A stretch of DNA of 64,000 nt, taken from Octopus bimaculoides. Its lineage: Eukaryota. The stretch is from NCBI RefSeq assembly GCF_001194135.2, contig NC_068990.1:89120924-89184923 (forward strand). The letters are read 5' to 3'. The position numbers were made by a program, and so were the translations under genes. Below are positions 24,540 through 37,366 of this stretch, piece after piece (position 1 is the stretch's first letter; each line of letters begins with the position of its first letter). The notes under the pieces are model-generated. The model did not search any database, was not told the DNA's origin, and was given only the letters and a program-made list of their open reading frames with translations.

Positions 24540-25570
24540 ATTAATGTTATGGAAAGATTTATAGCACAATAAATTACAAAGAAACTTAGTATTGGGGAGA
24601 TGCAGTTTGGCTTTGAGCCAGGAAGAGATACTACCAATGTCATCTTTCTAGTAAGGCAACTCCCAGAAGTACTCATGGTAAAACCTTATACCTAACATTT
24701 GTTGAGCTGGATAAGACCTTTGACAGAGCTCCACACAGTAATTTGGAGGCTATTAAGGTAATTAGCAGTAGATGAATAGCTTATGAAGCTGTACAAGCCA
24801 TCGACAGAGTGCATTCAGCATCCGTTTAACATGCTGGCAAAGGTCTGTTAGGGCACAGTCCCCAATACCTTCTGGTTTTCCAATAGTCCAGTAAACCATA
24901 AGAGAAATTTAAGACTTGCTATCTGTGGGAACTCAGTATGCAGATGACTTAATTCTTCTAGCAGAATTCTTCTAGAAGATTCAGAGATGAAATTCCAGAA
25001 GAGGAAGCAAAATCTAGAATTAAGAGGCCTTGAAATTAACTTAACAAAGACTTGAGTCTTAGTAAATAGAAAGAAGATAGGACTGTGATACCATCAAGGA
25101 CATGATTGTGCTTGATATAGAGACAAGAAGTGTAGTGGGGTCATAGGAAGGACGATAGAGAAGGTAGTCTTTGAATGTGACAGGGGAGCAGGAATAGTTA
25201 GGAGTAAGAATAAACACTGAACTCTGCCCAATGTTTTCCTAGAAAAAGTTGGTGACTTAATTAGTAGCAGAGATGTGTGTACTGAAAGCAAAGTAAGAAT
25301 GGAATGGACAAGATTCAGAGAGTTCGAACCTCGGGTAGCAACAATTTTTTTTTTCTTTCTTAGTGTGAAGGGTAGATTGCATAATGCTAGTGTGATGCTG
25401 CATGGTAACAAAACATGCTTTGAATGAAAAGGATTTATGAAGACTAGACAGAAATGAAGTGAGCTGAACGTGTAATGCCAGTCTGCGTGAACAATGGAGT
25501 ACATAAGTTGATGGGAAAACTAAATATAAGATGCACCGGATGTAGTGTTCAAGAGGAAAGACTCAATGAG
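24540..25570 (+). mobile_element. Decayed RTE-clade LINE reverse transcriptase fragment
   Basis: EMQFGFEPGRDTTNVIFLVRQL, FVELDKTFDR, a WELxYADDL-like gtatgcagatgactta, and WTRFREF. Confidence 0.82.
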
Positions 25571-26644
25571 CTTTGCTGCCTTATCAAATCTTCCAGTTTT
25601 TGGCCAGGAACAACCATTTTTTGTTTCTATTCTTTCCCTCTTCACATTGATTCTGTAACAGTGTCACATGACAAAGAAGTTTTAGGATGGGGTGTGTGTG
25701 TGGTTAAAGGTAAAGTATTTGTAAATGTGTGCGTGTTTGTATGTTAATAGTGAGAGTGGAAGGCCATTGCTTGGAGACTGCTTTTCTTTTGTTTGTGGAA
25801 GCAGGTTATGAGTTTTTTCAGACTGATTTGGATTAGGAGCCCCATTCCTATACCAGGCCAGTTTTCATGGCACAACCAATTTACCTCCAGGATAGTCATC
25901 TTTTCCTTCTCATCGGTCATAATAACTGCTGCCAACCATCTTAGGTTTATTTTTGGTGGCACATCCCTCATCTTTACTTCTCACAAGTCCATAAATGACA
26001 AATGAGGAAGAACCCAATCTACACTGATTGTATAGTAAACAATAATGGCAATAGTGGTGATTTGTTTCTACTACTGGAAGGTGGGGTTAATCAAACTGCT
26101 CCCAGTACTTGACTGGTTCTTTATTTCACCCACCCCAGAGAGATGAAAGGCAAAATTGACCTAGGTGGGATCTGAATTTAGAACTTAGACATCAGGCCAA
26201 GCTGTAGCTGCTTCTAGTTTATGCCATGTCTATTTTGTTGACACTACATTGAGAAATAATGAGTTGGTCGAACTGAAATATGAAGTGAGAATGTAAAGCA
26301 CTGTGATTGAACACTAAATGACAGTTGCTCAACCAAATTCTGCCAAATGAGAATAACTGTTAAAATTGGATCAAGACCACACACATTTGAAGAAGGGATG
26401 TAGATGATTGAATCAACTATCAGTATATTACTGGTACTTATTTTATTGACATGGGAAGAATGAAAGGCAAAATCAATGACTGAGATTAAAACTTAGAACA
26501 GAAAGAGACGAAACAAATATTGCAAGCTTTTTCTGCCACTCAAATGTAATAACAGTAAAAATTGTCCACAAATCTGGTTGAAATTTCTTCATTAAGATAA
26601 TCTGGTAGTAGATATGAAAACAAAACAAAAAAAAAAAAGATATA

Positions 26645-28169
26645 TAACCATCAAATAAAATGGAATCTTTAATGACTTAAGAAACATAAAAATTGAGGAA
26701 TATAAGCAAAGTTTCAAGAGAATTTTACCAAGAAGAGAGAGGCAAATATCTATTGGTAATAAATATATAAATAAAACAAAATAAAAATACAAGTAATATT
26801 TTTCTCTTTTCAAGGTTTACCAAGAAAGAATGTGATAAACCAGGCTTGTTTTACTCCGATAACAGAAAGAACATTAGAAAAAAAAGATAGCTCTCAACAA
26901 GTATTTGACATCTTTGTTATGTTCTCATACAAATATAGTGTGTGTGTGTGTGTGTGTGTGTGTGCATGTGCACACGTGTGCGTTAGTGTGCATGTATTTG
27001 CTGGCATACAAATACAGTGTTTGTTTATGAGTGTGATGTGTACATGTGTGCTTGCAAAGAATATGAATATGTTGGAACATGTTTGAGCAATTGTCTCAAA
27101 ATCTAGAGTCAACATTTCAGCTAACAGATTTCAAAAATCAAATCTCACATACACACATTTACTATAGAGGGAAACCACTGAAATAAATAACTCACTCTAT
27201 ATAAAAATATTAACAGCTGGTAAAGTAATACAGGTACTAATTAGTAGTTTGTATTTTTATAATATATTCAGGTTGAAATTGCCTAGGAAAATTAATTATA
27301 AACCTAATTAGAATTGTAATAGACTAGACAATTTGACCCATTAATATTGAAATCATCCAAATCCAATGATCATAAAGACAGTGCTATTTGTTTAAACTGG
27401 CCAACCAGGCCTTGTTGACATACACTCAATAGCAGGAAAACCTTCATCAAATCACACAGAAGGTCACGTTTTTTTCTTAGTTGCAGCATTCCATCACTTT
27501 CCCATCATAGATATATCCACATATCTAAAATCATCATTAATGTCATGAATATTAAAGGATTGAATGAAGCTTATTTGTTGATTTATTATAAGAATATTGT
27601 CTATATAGTTTTCATATATATATATATATATGAATTAATATATACTAATGTGTATATATATATATATATATATGTTAGATTTGTCTGTCTACCAGCCAGC
27701 TTTAGAATAACAATAAATTCATCTGTGATTTTAATCAATACAAAACATGCCAGTTATTTACAAGACCTACATAAATATCTTACTTTGTCATCTATCAAAA
27801 AATATACACGGCTTCTAAATATATTGTCTATCTTTACTTCTAGTTATTTTAAGGCAGACATGGAAAATGGTTACAGAAAATAGACTAAATGACAATAAAA
27901 AAGTTGACTGTTGTTCTGATGTAAATTTTGACTTGATAAATGGTAGTTGAGAACTAGACAATACGAGTATGAAAAATAACCTTTCTAGAACATTACAGTA
28001 TTTCAACTAACTTGTTCTACTGATGAGCCAGGTAATGAAAGCCAAGAAGCAGGCATTAGAGGGCAGGCAGTTTTATATGCTGATATAAAATATTGTTGTA
28101 AAGTCGATGTCAATGAAATGTCAATGAAATTGTAAAGAGTAACAAAGGGAGAGATGACAGGGACATATA

Positions 28170-28239
<70 letters not shown>

Positions 28240-29529
28240 AGATTACATATGTGTATGTATATATATATATATATATATATACATACACACACATATATAT
28301 GATAAATTATCAGTGTGTGCATGTGTGTATACATATATATACACACACACACACACACATATATATATACACACATATATATATATATATATATATAAGA
28401 TACATATGAGAGAGAGAGAGAGAGAGAGAGATACAAAGCTAATGTAAAATAATGAATGGAAGTTATTCTCATTTTCTCTGGTTACCAGTATCAATATTGC
28501 CAGATAAAAACAAACTCAATACTACAGATGTTCAGTTTTAATATCAGCTTCAGACTTCGGTTTTCACTTTTTTATTTCGAAATCTGTTTCTGTGGGTACA
28601 AATGTAAGTATCACAGCAAAATAAGATGGCATGCAATCAACTAACACCCTCAAAGCTGCCATTCCTATGCAGAAAATGTCTCAATTAGTTTCAATGAGTT
28701 AGGCTTTCTTTCTTTACAACAACTAAATATTTTGTGTGATACTTGAATGTAGAGGAGAAAAACATTGTGTCAGCTGTCTTTAGAATATAAGACTTTCTTA
28801 CACATCATGGCGAACATTCATGCAGTTCACAAACCACACATGCACATCCACACATCCATGCATATACACACGCACACAAGCATGCACACACATAGGAAGA
28901 AGGTAAAAATAAACAAACTATTCGTATCCATATGCAGACAGACATCACAAATTAGGTTTAATCCATGCCTTACTTCACATGACATAAGATATGGGAGAGA
29001 GATAGAGAAGAGAAGAGAGAGAGAGAGAAAGGGAGTCCCGTGACCACAGTTTTTTTAAAAAAAAAAACAACAATGTAAAACAAAAACAAAAAAAAAAAAG
29101 AAACAGTTAAGTGGTCAAGCTAAGAAGCAGGAGTAGAACAAACGTGCAGTGTTACTACAGTAAGTAATAGCCTGCTAGTTCTGCAGAGTGTTTGCTTGGT
29201 CAGTTATCACCTGATGTCTACAAAACCACAAGTCCAGCCTTAAACACTACAGTTATGTTATTAACCATAGAGAGGCATATCACAGTACTAACGATTCCAT
29301 AATTTAGTTGTTTCCAACAACAGTCTTCAGAAAAAAAAAAAAAATTAAAAAAAAAAAAGATACAATATCAGAATCATAACAAATTTTCTTTTCTTTACTT
29401 TAGCCATTCTTAAGACCTGTTTGTTTGTTTGTCTTTGTTTTTGTTGAAAGTAATGTAATCATGACTTTTCTGTCAACACTGACCTAAGCCAACAGCTGCT
29501 CCCCCATCTGTCTCCAAGGCAATAGCAGA
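26645..29529 (-). other. Putative ~2.9-kb STAM 3' UTR ending at an ATTAAA poly(A) signal (26668-26673)
   Basis: Minus-strand ATTAAA followed about 30 nt later by a U/GU-rich tract; the interval has microsatellites but no recognisable SINE or LINE copies. Confidence 0.4.
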
Positions 29530-29710
29530 TCACAACAAAGGTTGTGGAGGAGGTACTTGTTGATAAGACATTCCTCCACCTCCAGTCGATGGTGGTGGTC
29601 CGTAATTGGCATCCATTGGGGGTAAGGACATACTGTTCATTGACTGGGGATTAAACTGTGCTGAAGTTGGTCCGTAGGTTGCCATACTGCTCTGAGCAGG
29701 AGCTGTTACT
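29530..29710 (-). CDS. STAM: STAM terminal coding exon: (G)VTAPAQSSMATYG...VPPPQPLL*
   Basis: tttgttatcag acceptor, phase 2, TGA stop; ends in a di-leucine like vertebrate STAM. The 15 exons sum to 1571 nt, leaving a short phase-1 first exon unaccounted for. Confidence 0.9.
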
Positions 29711-29873
29711 CTGATAACAAACGTAAGAATTGACAATTAGTAGAATTCATACAAACATCTTGTTGCTTCACAAATAAATAAGAGTGTGTGTGTGTGTGTC
29801 TATGAAATTCAGTTCAAAGCATGGTTTCGTGCAATTATCAAAATGTCTAGCTTAAATGAATTGTTTCTTATTT

Positions 29874-30102
29874 CTTTACTGCCCACAAGGGGCTAAACAT
29901 TGAGGGGACAAACAAGGACAGACAAAGGGATTAAGTCGATTACATCAACCCCAGTGCGTAACTGGTACTTTATTTATCGACCCCGAAAGGATGAAAGGCA
30001 AAGTCGACCTCGGTGGAATTTGAACTCAGAACCTAACGGCAGACAAAATGCCACTAAACATTTCGCCTGGCGTGCTAACGATTCTGCCAGCTCACCGCCT
30101 TA
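29874..30102 (-). mobile_element. Well-preserved family A SINE with a variant tail, in the last STAM intron
   Basis: aaggcggtgagctggcagaatcgttagcacgccagg head, B box, intact CpG-containing central domain. Confidence 0.9.
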
Positions 30103-31410
30103 ACTGAATGAATTGTTTCTGTCCCAACTCAAGCCAGCATGGAAAACGGATGTTAATGATGATAATGTCTTGATCTCAGATTGGTTATCAAGTATTTTAC
30201 TCTTTGAGTCTCAGGCACTGTGACTCAATGGATAAAGATATTGCTCCTCTTACTTTAGAAAAAGAAGGTTCTTAGTTCAAATGCAGTGCAGGACCAGTTA
30301 CATATCCAGGGATAATGTGCCCGGTGATCAATTGAAAACTGAACTGATTGAGTTTGGTTTATCAAGCCTAAATATAATCAACGATATATATATATATATA
30401 TATAGCACAATGTATGAGATTAAGGTGATGGATTCATAATTACAACGACCTTATTATTTCAGCTAGTGTGTTGCACCCCAGAGCATAACATAACCTTACT
30501 GACCTTAGTCTAGTTTACTGATAGACAAATTCCACTTTTGGTTTATAGTAGAATGGTAATCAATAGAAATGATGTAACAACATCAAAAACAGTTGTGCCT
30601 GTGCCAACAATATACAAATGAACAGATTTATAGGCATCTAATTTCTCATTGTACTCTCTAGTTTTTCCATCTTTACAGAATTTTCTTGTGTTAGTTCAGC
30701 TGAGAACGATTTCACTGAAACTTCTATATTGCTGATGTTTATTCCCAAGTCACTACCATTCATGAAGAACTATGATTAAAGGCATTCCAGCCATGACCAT
30801 CCTGAAGTTTTACTAAATGCAGGGAACCCATGTTAATCAACCTGTTCTTTTTTAAGATGTTAGAGTGTAAATTGAGGGATATTTGACTGCTATTTCCAGC
30901 AGAGCAAATGACCATGTGGTGGCTTCCTCACTAATTTGTCATTGCTGTAATCAGATGTGCATGTGTGACACATTTCAACAACCATGGGAAATGCTTCAAA
31001 GAATTTTAGCTTTGGTTTCAATGTAACTGTTGTCCTATGGGAAAGGCTGTCAGTCAATACTTGGGTCATTACAGAGTAAAAATCAAAATGACCAAGTGGG
31101 TCTCATATACTGAACCATCAGCAATTCATAGCACTTGAGTTCAAACCACTGTACGCATTTCATTGTGCTTGAGTATTGCATTTTATTCTACTCTGCCTGA
31201 TGTTCATCCAGCCGTCAAGAATAACAACTGGATCATCTGAGAATGTGCCAACAAATTTGCATCTTAACCATGTGATATCATTTACTGGAAACCAAATACC
31301 AGTCATTAAAAAGCAGCACATGACTACAGGGAAGGAGATGCTGCAGTTCTAGTGAGACCTGTTGTAATTCTGGGCAGTCAATACATTGAATCCTGTCAGT
31401 GAATACTTAC

Positions 31411-31625
31411 CCATTGTAGAGCTGCTGAGCTGCTGATACAACAATGGAGTTTCCATTTAAGCTCTGAGCTGGAGCTGGCTGTTGTGACATCATGTTAGTT
31501 GGTATTGGTCCCTGGGGTACAGGTCCATTGTTTGCATGGATGATTGAAGGTGGGGCCTGTCCAGGGCTTACGTATTGAGGTTGGTTTGCATATTGTTGTT
31601 GTTGCTGTTGTTGCTGAGGTGGTGG
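31411..31625 (-). CDS. STAM: STAM exon (215 nt), P/Q-rich: PPPQQQQQQQQYANQPQYVSPG...SAAQQLYN
   Basis: ttccacag acceptor, GG|gtaagt donor, phase 0-2, open frame of 71 codons. Confidence 0.88.
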
Positions 31626-32282
31626 CTGTGGAAATTAATCCAAATAATAATGTCATTAATGAGATTACAAATAAGTAAAATAATATATAATAGGGAATCT
31701 GTGAATGCCGAATATATTATCTTAGACAACATCTCTCTCTCTCTCTATCTCTCTCTCTCTCTCTTTGTGTTTCTGTCAATTCTTAGAATATGTTTAATAT
31801 TTTTTATTTGTTGGTTGTTGTTTAGATCCAGGATAAGTCTCATTAAGGAGCCCTATGATCAAAAGCATTCCAACCATGGCCATCATGTAATTTTTCATAC
31901 ATGATATACAAAGACCACATTATCTCTTTATGTCATAACAAAATGTGATGAGATTTGGCTATTATTTCTAGCAAAATGAATGAATGTAAAGAATCTCTTT
32001 TTATAGCCCCATCTATTTATCATTATATTAAGTGATTGATCAGAATACAACAAACAACCACAAGGTTTTGCATAAACTATTATACAATGTTGACTTGTTA
32101 AAAATCTGTTATGATTCCAGGATATTAACAAAATTCTGGTTGAGATTTCAATTTAAATATGACTACTAAAGGTATTTCACTTCTTTTAAAAGCTAGAATG
32201 AATAGAATTCAATGGGAATCCTCTGAAAAACAATCCAGGTGAACATGATTAATATGAAGTAGAATACAAGATGAATGCCTAC

Positions 32283-32436
32283 CTGTGGGATACCTGATGG
32301 AATATAAGTGCTAGGGGCTTGTTGTGGTGCAGGTTGATGGGACATATAGAACACAGGAGTTTCTTTCATTAAGTTGTGGTACATTTGTAAAGCATCCATC
32401 ACTTTCATATTTAATTCTACCAAATTAGCGTGTTTC
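32283..32436 (-). CDS. STAM: STAM exon (154 nt), GAT end and coiled coil: KHANLVELNMKVMDALQMYHNLMKETPVFYMSHQPAPQQAPSTYIPSGIPQ
   Basis: ttgacag acceptor, CAG|gtaggc donor, phase 2-0. Confidence 0.94.
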
Positions 32437-32786
32437 CTGTCAACAGAAAAACAAAAGAGTTGAAATGTTTTCATTGTAAGGTTACAAAATGGCTGTAATC
32501 GTATGGAAACCACATGGTTAAACAAATATACATTCACCACTCATACTGTCTGGGCTATGAAAGGTCATATATTTTTGTTTGTCATAATTATTCATACCAA
32601 TATGTAATTCCTGACGAAGAATCTAATTTTTATCTCAAGAAGAGCTTTTCATTTTTGTTTTTGGAATTAATTAGACCTGGATTATGAATTAAAGATCGTC
32701 TACAACTACAATTTTTTTCCTTTCCTTATACTTCATTTGTACATATGTATATACATATGTATATATGTATATATATATATATATAC

Positions 32787-32844
<58 letters not shown>

Positions 32845-33436
32845 NNNNNNNNNNNNNNNNNNNNNNNNNNNNNNNNNNNNNNNNNNNNNNNNNNNNNNNN
32901 NNNNNNNNNNNNNNNNNNNNNNNNNNNNNNNNNNNNNNNNNNNNNNNNNNNNNNNNNNNNNNNNNNNNNNNNNNNNNNNNNNNNNNNNNNNNNNNNNNNN
33001 NNNNNNNNNNNNNNNNNNNNNNNNNNNNNNNNNNNNNNNNNNNNNNNNNNNNNNNNNNNNNNNNNNNNNNNNNNNNNNNNNNNNNNNNNNNNNNNNNNNN
33101 NNNNNNNNNNNNNNNNNNNNNNNNNNNNNNNNNNNNNNNNNNNNNNNNNNNNNNNNNNNNNNNNNNNNNNNNNNNNNNNNNNNNNNNNNNNNNNNNNNNN
33201 NNNNNNNNNNNNNNNNNNNNNNNNNNNNNNNNNNNNNNNNNNNNNNNNNNNNNNNNNNNNNNNNNNNNNNNNNNNNNNNNNNNNNNNNNNNNNNNNNNNN
33301 NNNNNNNNNNNNNNNNNNNNNNNNNNNNNNNNNNNNNNNNNNNNNNNNNNNNNNNNNNNNNNNNNNNNNNNNNNNNNNNNNNNNNNNNNNNNNNNNNNNN
33401 NNNNNNNNNNNNNNNNNNNNNNNNNNNNNNNNNNNN
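32845..33436. other. Assembly gap (592 N) flanked by (TA)n on both sides
   Basis: Run of N; the flanking STAM exons are phase-compatible, so no coding exon needs to lie in the gap. Confidence 0.98.
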
Positions 33437-33481
<45 letters not shown>

Positions 33482-34052
33482 AGAACATCTGTTTTACCAT
33501 GCTAGCATGGTTTGGCCAAGAATTGATTTTAAGGCAGGATTTTACGGTTGGATGCTCTTCCTGTTGCCAAACTTCATGTTTTCAAGTAAGATCTTTTTTA
33601 TTCCACTGATCTTCGAATGTGAAGAGTGACTGGTTGTAATGTTAACAAGGAAATACAAGCATCATCACAGTTTCATTCAAACCATGATAAGTTACCTGTT
33701 GACATTCACCCACACATTCACACACACACAGAGCTTACTATAGTTTCCGTCAATCAAATTCTCTCAGAAGATATTAGTCAGTCTGGAACAATGATAGAAG
33801 ACATTTGCTTTAGGTGCTGCACAGTAAGACTGAGCAGCAAGCCATGTGGTTGCAAAGCAAACATCTTCACCACAGAAACATGCTTCTGTGCGTGCATGTA
33901 TGTATGCGTGTACACATGTACATACATACATACACACACACACACAGGCAAGAAAAAGTAGCACTCAAGACATTTGGTTGAAGTTAAATGTATTTAGTAA
34001 CAGTTTGACTCAACTCCATGAAATTTAAATCGTGTGGAGCTGAGTCAAACTG

Positions 34053-34106
<54 letters not shown>

Positions 34107-34138
34107 TAATTGAAGCTGAAAAATATAATCTTGCTTAC

Positions 34139-34193
34139 TTGTCAATCCTTTCCAATTCAGCATCAATCAGTGGACCCATTATCTTACATTGTT
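34139..34193 (-). CDS. STAM: STAM exon (55 nt), GAT: EQCKIMGPLIDAELERID
   Basis: tttttgcag acceptor, gtaagc donor, phase 1-2; CxxMGPLID motif. Confidence 0.95.
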
Positions 34194-35386
34194 CTGCAAA
34201 AAATACATCAACACAGATTATGTCTTATGTCACAGCTGATATTGTTTTATTGCAATTATATCTTTCAACCTCCTCCATTCAATTATTGTTCTACATGTGG
34301 AGGAGTTGGTGTAATGATACAAAAATAGCCAAATGAAGAGAATGACTTGCAGAATGTTCAGTTTGACTAAACAGAAGTCTTTGCAGTTGTTGTATTTAAT
34401 CAGTTGTGATAGCTAGAGTTGTTGTCTTGCCATATTCAGAGTAATGTCCAAAAGGAACCAGGACCACTTGATTCGAGCATGAAGATGATTTAGATCTCAT
34501 ATAGAAGCAGTTGTTGAAGGTGGCTTTATTGAGTAACATTATAGAAATGAAGGTTTATTTTTATCCTCATAGCATTTTTTGATAAATAAAGTTATCTGTT
34601 ATTTTATAAACATAAATCTGCCCTCAAATATCTTATGCACCATGTGTATATGTGTGTGCTTTATATAATGTGCAGTTAGGTAGATATGTACATAATACAT
34701 TATTTACTGTTAACATCTATCTACAGCTAACAAATCCAAATGTCCCTGCAACTTAACACTATCAAGCAACACAGACTAACACCTATCATGTTACTAATTA
34801 TTTGTAGTAATCTGTTGATGAGTGATGGAATAGACAGCTAATCTCTTTTGTGGAAAAATCTAGCTGTGAGTGAGAATAACCTAATTACACCAAGCAATCG
34901 CACAAACTTTCTGCCTTTCAAGCACAGGAAACAAGTACCAATCTATGACCCACCACTAGTAACTCACCACTTCTTATTAGGCTTAAAACTTTAGGGCTGT
35001 CATCATAAACATTGGTACAATCAAGGAGTGTTTCTGAGATGCAGGAGCAGAGGTGAAAAATGGATTGTGGGAAGCCACATCTCCATTCCCCACTGGCAAG
35101 TAAAAGAGATGAGATGGGTGGAAGAGACAGAGAGATTAAAGTAACTGAGTGTGCATGTATATAGTGCATGCATGCATGTATGGTGTGTGTGCATGCATGT
35201 ATGGTGTGTGTGCATGTCCATGTGTGTAAATGAGTATTATATACAGGATCAGATATTAGTGATAAACTACATTGGAGTCATTCTCTTCGGGTAGTTAAGG
35301 CTTTTGAAGGAAAGCATAAATTCCACAACATCTTGGTCACTATTTTCTGTTAATCTGAAGTTTAGATAAAAAGCTTTTATTTTTAC

Positions 35387-35477
35387 CTTCAAGAGATAAT
35401 AACTCCGAAGAATCTGGTTGTGTTTCTCCTGTTGGATCAGCATTCTGGATCAGTGCCAATACTTGGTCAATCTTTGA
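35387..35477 (-). CDS. STAM: STAM exon (91 nt), GAT start: SKIDQVLALIQNADPTGETQPDSSELLSLE
   Basis: ctacag acceptor, G|gtaaaa donor, phase 0-1. Confidence 0.93.
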
Positions 35478-35799
35478 CTGTAGTAACATTGTTTAAGGAA
35501 AAATAAAGGAAATAGAGATTTTCAAAGTTAGAATGTAACATATAAACAGACATTTACATGAAGTACAAAATATAAAAAGGCTTTGTAAGGTTTGTGCTGT
35601 GTCTACTTCACAACACTGTTCAAGGACAAATAAATGAAAGAGAAATTTTAAAGTTAGACAATAACATTCAAACAGACAAAATGTTTTATAAGGTTTGTGT
35701 TGCATCTACTGCACAAGTACAATAACTGATTCTAGATATAACAAAATTTCTGGCTCCAATTATAAACTACTCTTATATTCCTCAGAAGATCCATCAGGC

Positions 35800-36065
35800 T
35801 GAGCAAAATCGCAGTCATGGCAGATACCAGTATCATGCAAATTGGCACCTGTGCCAATGCTATGCAAATGGCACCCATGCCAGTTGCACATAAAAGCACC
35901 CATTACACTCTTGGAGTGGTTGGCATTAGGAAGGGCATCCAGCTGTAGAAAACTATGCCAAATCAGACTGGAGTCTGGCGCAGCCTTCCAGCATACTAGC
36001 CCAGTCAAACTGTCCAACTCATGCCAGCATGGACAATGGATGTTAAATGATGATGACGATGATGA
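35800..36065 (+). mobile_element. RTE-tail element ending in (GAT)n
   Basis: gtggttggcattaggaagggcatccagctgtagaaa...catgccagcatggacaatggatgttaaatgatgatg. Confidence 0.82.
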
Positions 36066-36254
36066 TGATAGCAATATATATATATATATCATCATCATCA
36101 TCATCATCATAATTGTAGAAACCAAGCCAAAGCTGACACTGGAGCTTGACATAGTCCTGTGGCTCGTTGGATCCAGTGAAACAATCCAACCCATGCCAAC
36201 CCCTGTTAAATGATGATACTGATAATTTAGAGATAAAAACGAAAAGAAATTCAC

Positions 36255-36340
36255 CTCATCCACTTCTACTTCTTCCGGAAGAGTTTCCATAACTTTCACA
36301 TCGACTTCTTCATTGAACTGAACACCTTTTTTCTCTTTCA
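36255..36340 (-). CDS. STAM: STAM exon (86 nt): MKEKKGVQFNEEVDVKVMETLPEEVEVDE
   Basis: cttcag acceptor, gtgaat donor, phase 1-0; KxVQFxxxV motif. Confidence 0.93.
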
Positions 36341-36792
36341 CTGAAGTTGAAAAAAAGACAACACAAACATGAGACGAAATACTGTGATGTCAACCACCAC
36401 AACATGTTAGCTCTAATGATACAGTTCTAAGCATGTTGATACATTATATATATATATGAATGATACAGCATTGAATTGATGAAAGCCAGATGGCAGAGTG
36501 GATAGAGCAAAGGAGAACTGAGAAGTTAAGAGATTCTTAAAATGTCACTTGCATGATTTTGTGTCAAAGTATTTAGTTCTCCATGACAGTCCACTGATGT
36601 ACTATAGGGTGGCGTAACTCACCACAGTAAGTAGATACTACAGGATGATACAGTTCACCTAACTCTGTTTTACTTTAAGAATTAAAATTGTAACTCTAGC
36701 AATAGGATTTAGAAATTTGATAAAATAAAAGCTTTTCCCACCATCCAAGCTACTGACATAGATAAAAGGGATAAATATATAAATGGACGTAC

Positions 36793-36887
36793 TCTCTTCT
36801 GGTTCAGCTGTTAGATTAGAAGTAACAAAGTTGGCAGGAAACAGCCCCTCTCCTCTGTGACTGAAACCTTTCCACCAGTTTGGATCC
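36793..36887 (-). CDS. STAM: STAM exon (95 nt), SH3 second half: [31 protein letters not shown]
   Basis: tttatag acceptor, gtacgt donor, phase 2-1; DPNWWKG..GLFPxNFV. Confidence 0.96.
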
Positions 36888-37366
36888 CTATAAAAACAAG
36901 GAAACATAAGATATGTAAAACACAAACTCATAAATAACTTTTAACACAAAGCTACATAATTTGAAGGAGGCAACAGTTGGTTATATTAATCTCAGAACTT
37001 GAGTTACTTAATTTTAGTGACCTCATATATCCCTTTATACTCTGAATTTAAATCATAGCTTATATAGCTTTGTCTCTCAAATGTTGTAGAGTTGATAAAA
37101 ACCAGCTTTACATCCTTTAGTTCAAAAGAACATCTAAGTTGTGACAGCAGAAGGCAGACGGGGCTGCATTAGCTTCGTACTCATCTGCAACTGAGCATAC
37201 TAAATCAGCATAAAATAAAGTACCTCGTTCAAAGATACTATGTGTTACCTGATCCAGGAGTTGAACCCACAACCTTATGATTGTGAGCCCAACGCCTTAA
37301 CCATTTAACGACATTCTAATGAGGGGACAAATAAGGTAAAAAGAGAATAAGGAAAATTAGACTTAC

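Noticed and set aside
28020-28040. CTGATGA...GAAA hammerhead-like string
   Set aside because: Stem II does not close next to GAAA, and no stem I, stem III or cleavage triplet can be formed.
32733-33629. Long ORFs of YI/X repeats, and similar ORFs at about 28110-28494, 4738-4992 and 6832-7083
   Set aside because: Artefacts of (TA)n/(CA)n microsatellites and the N gap.
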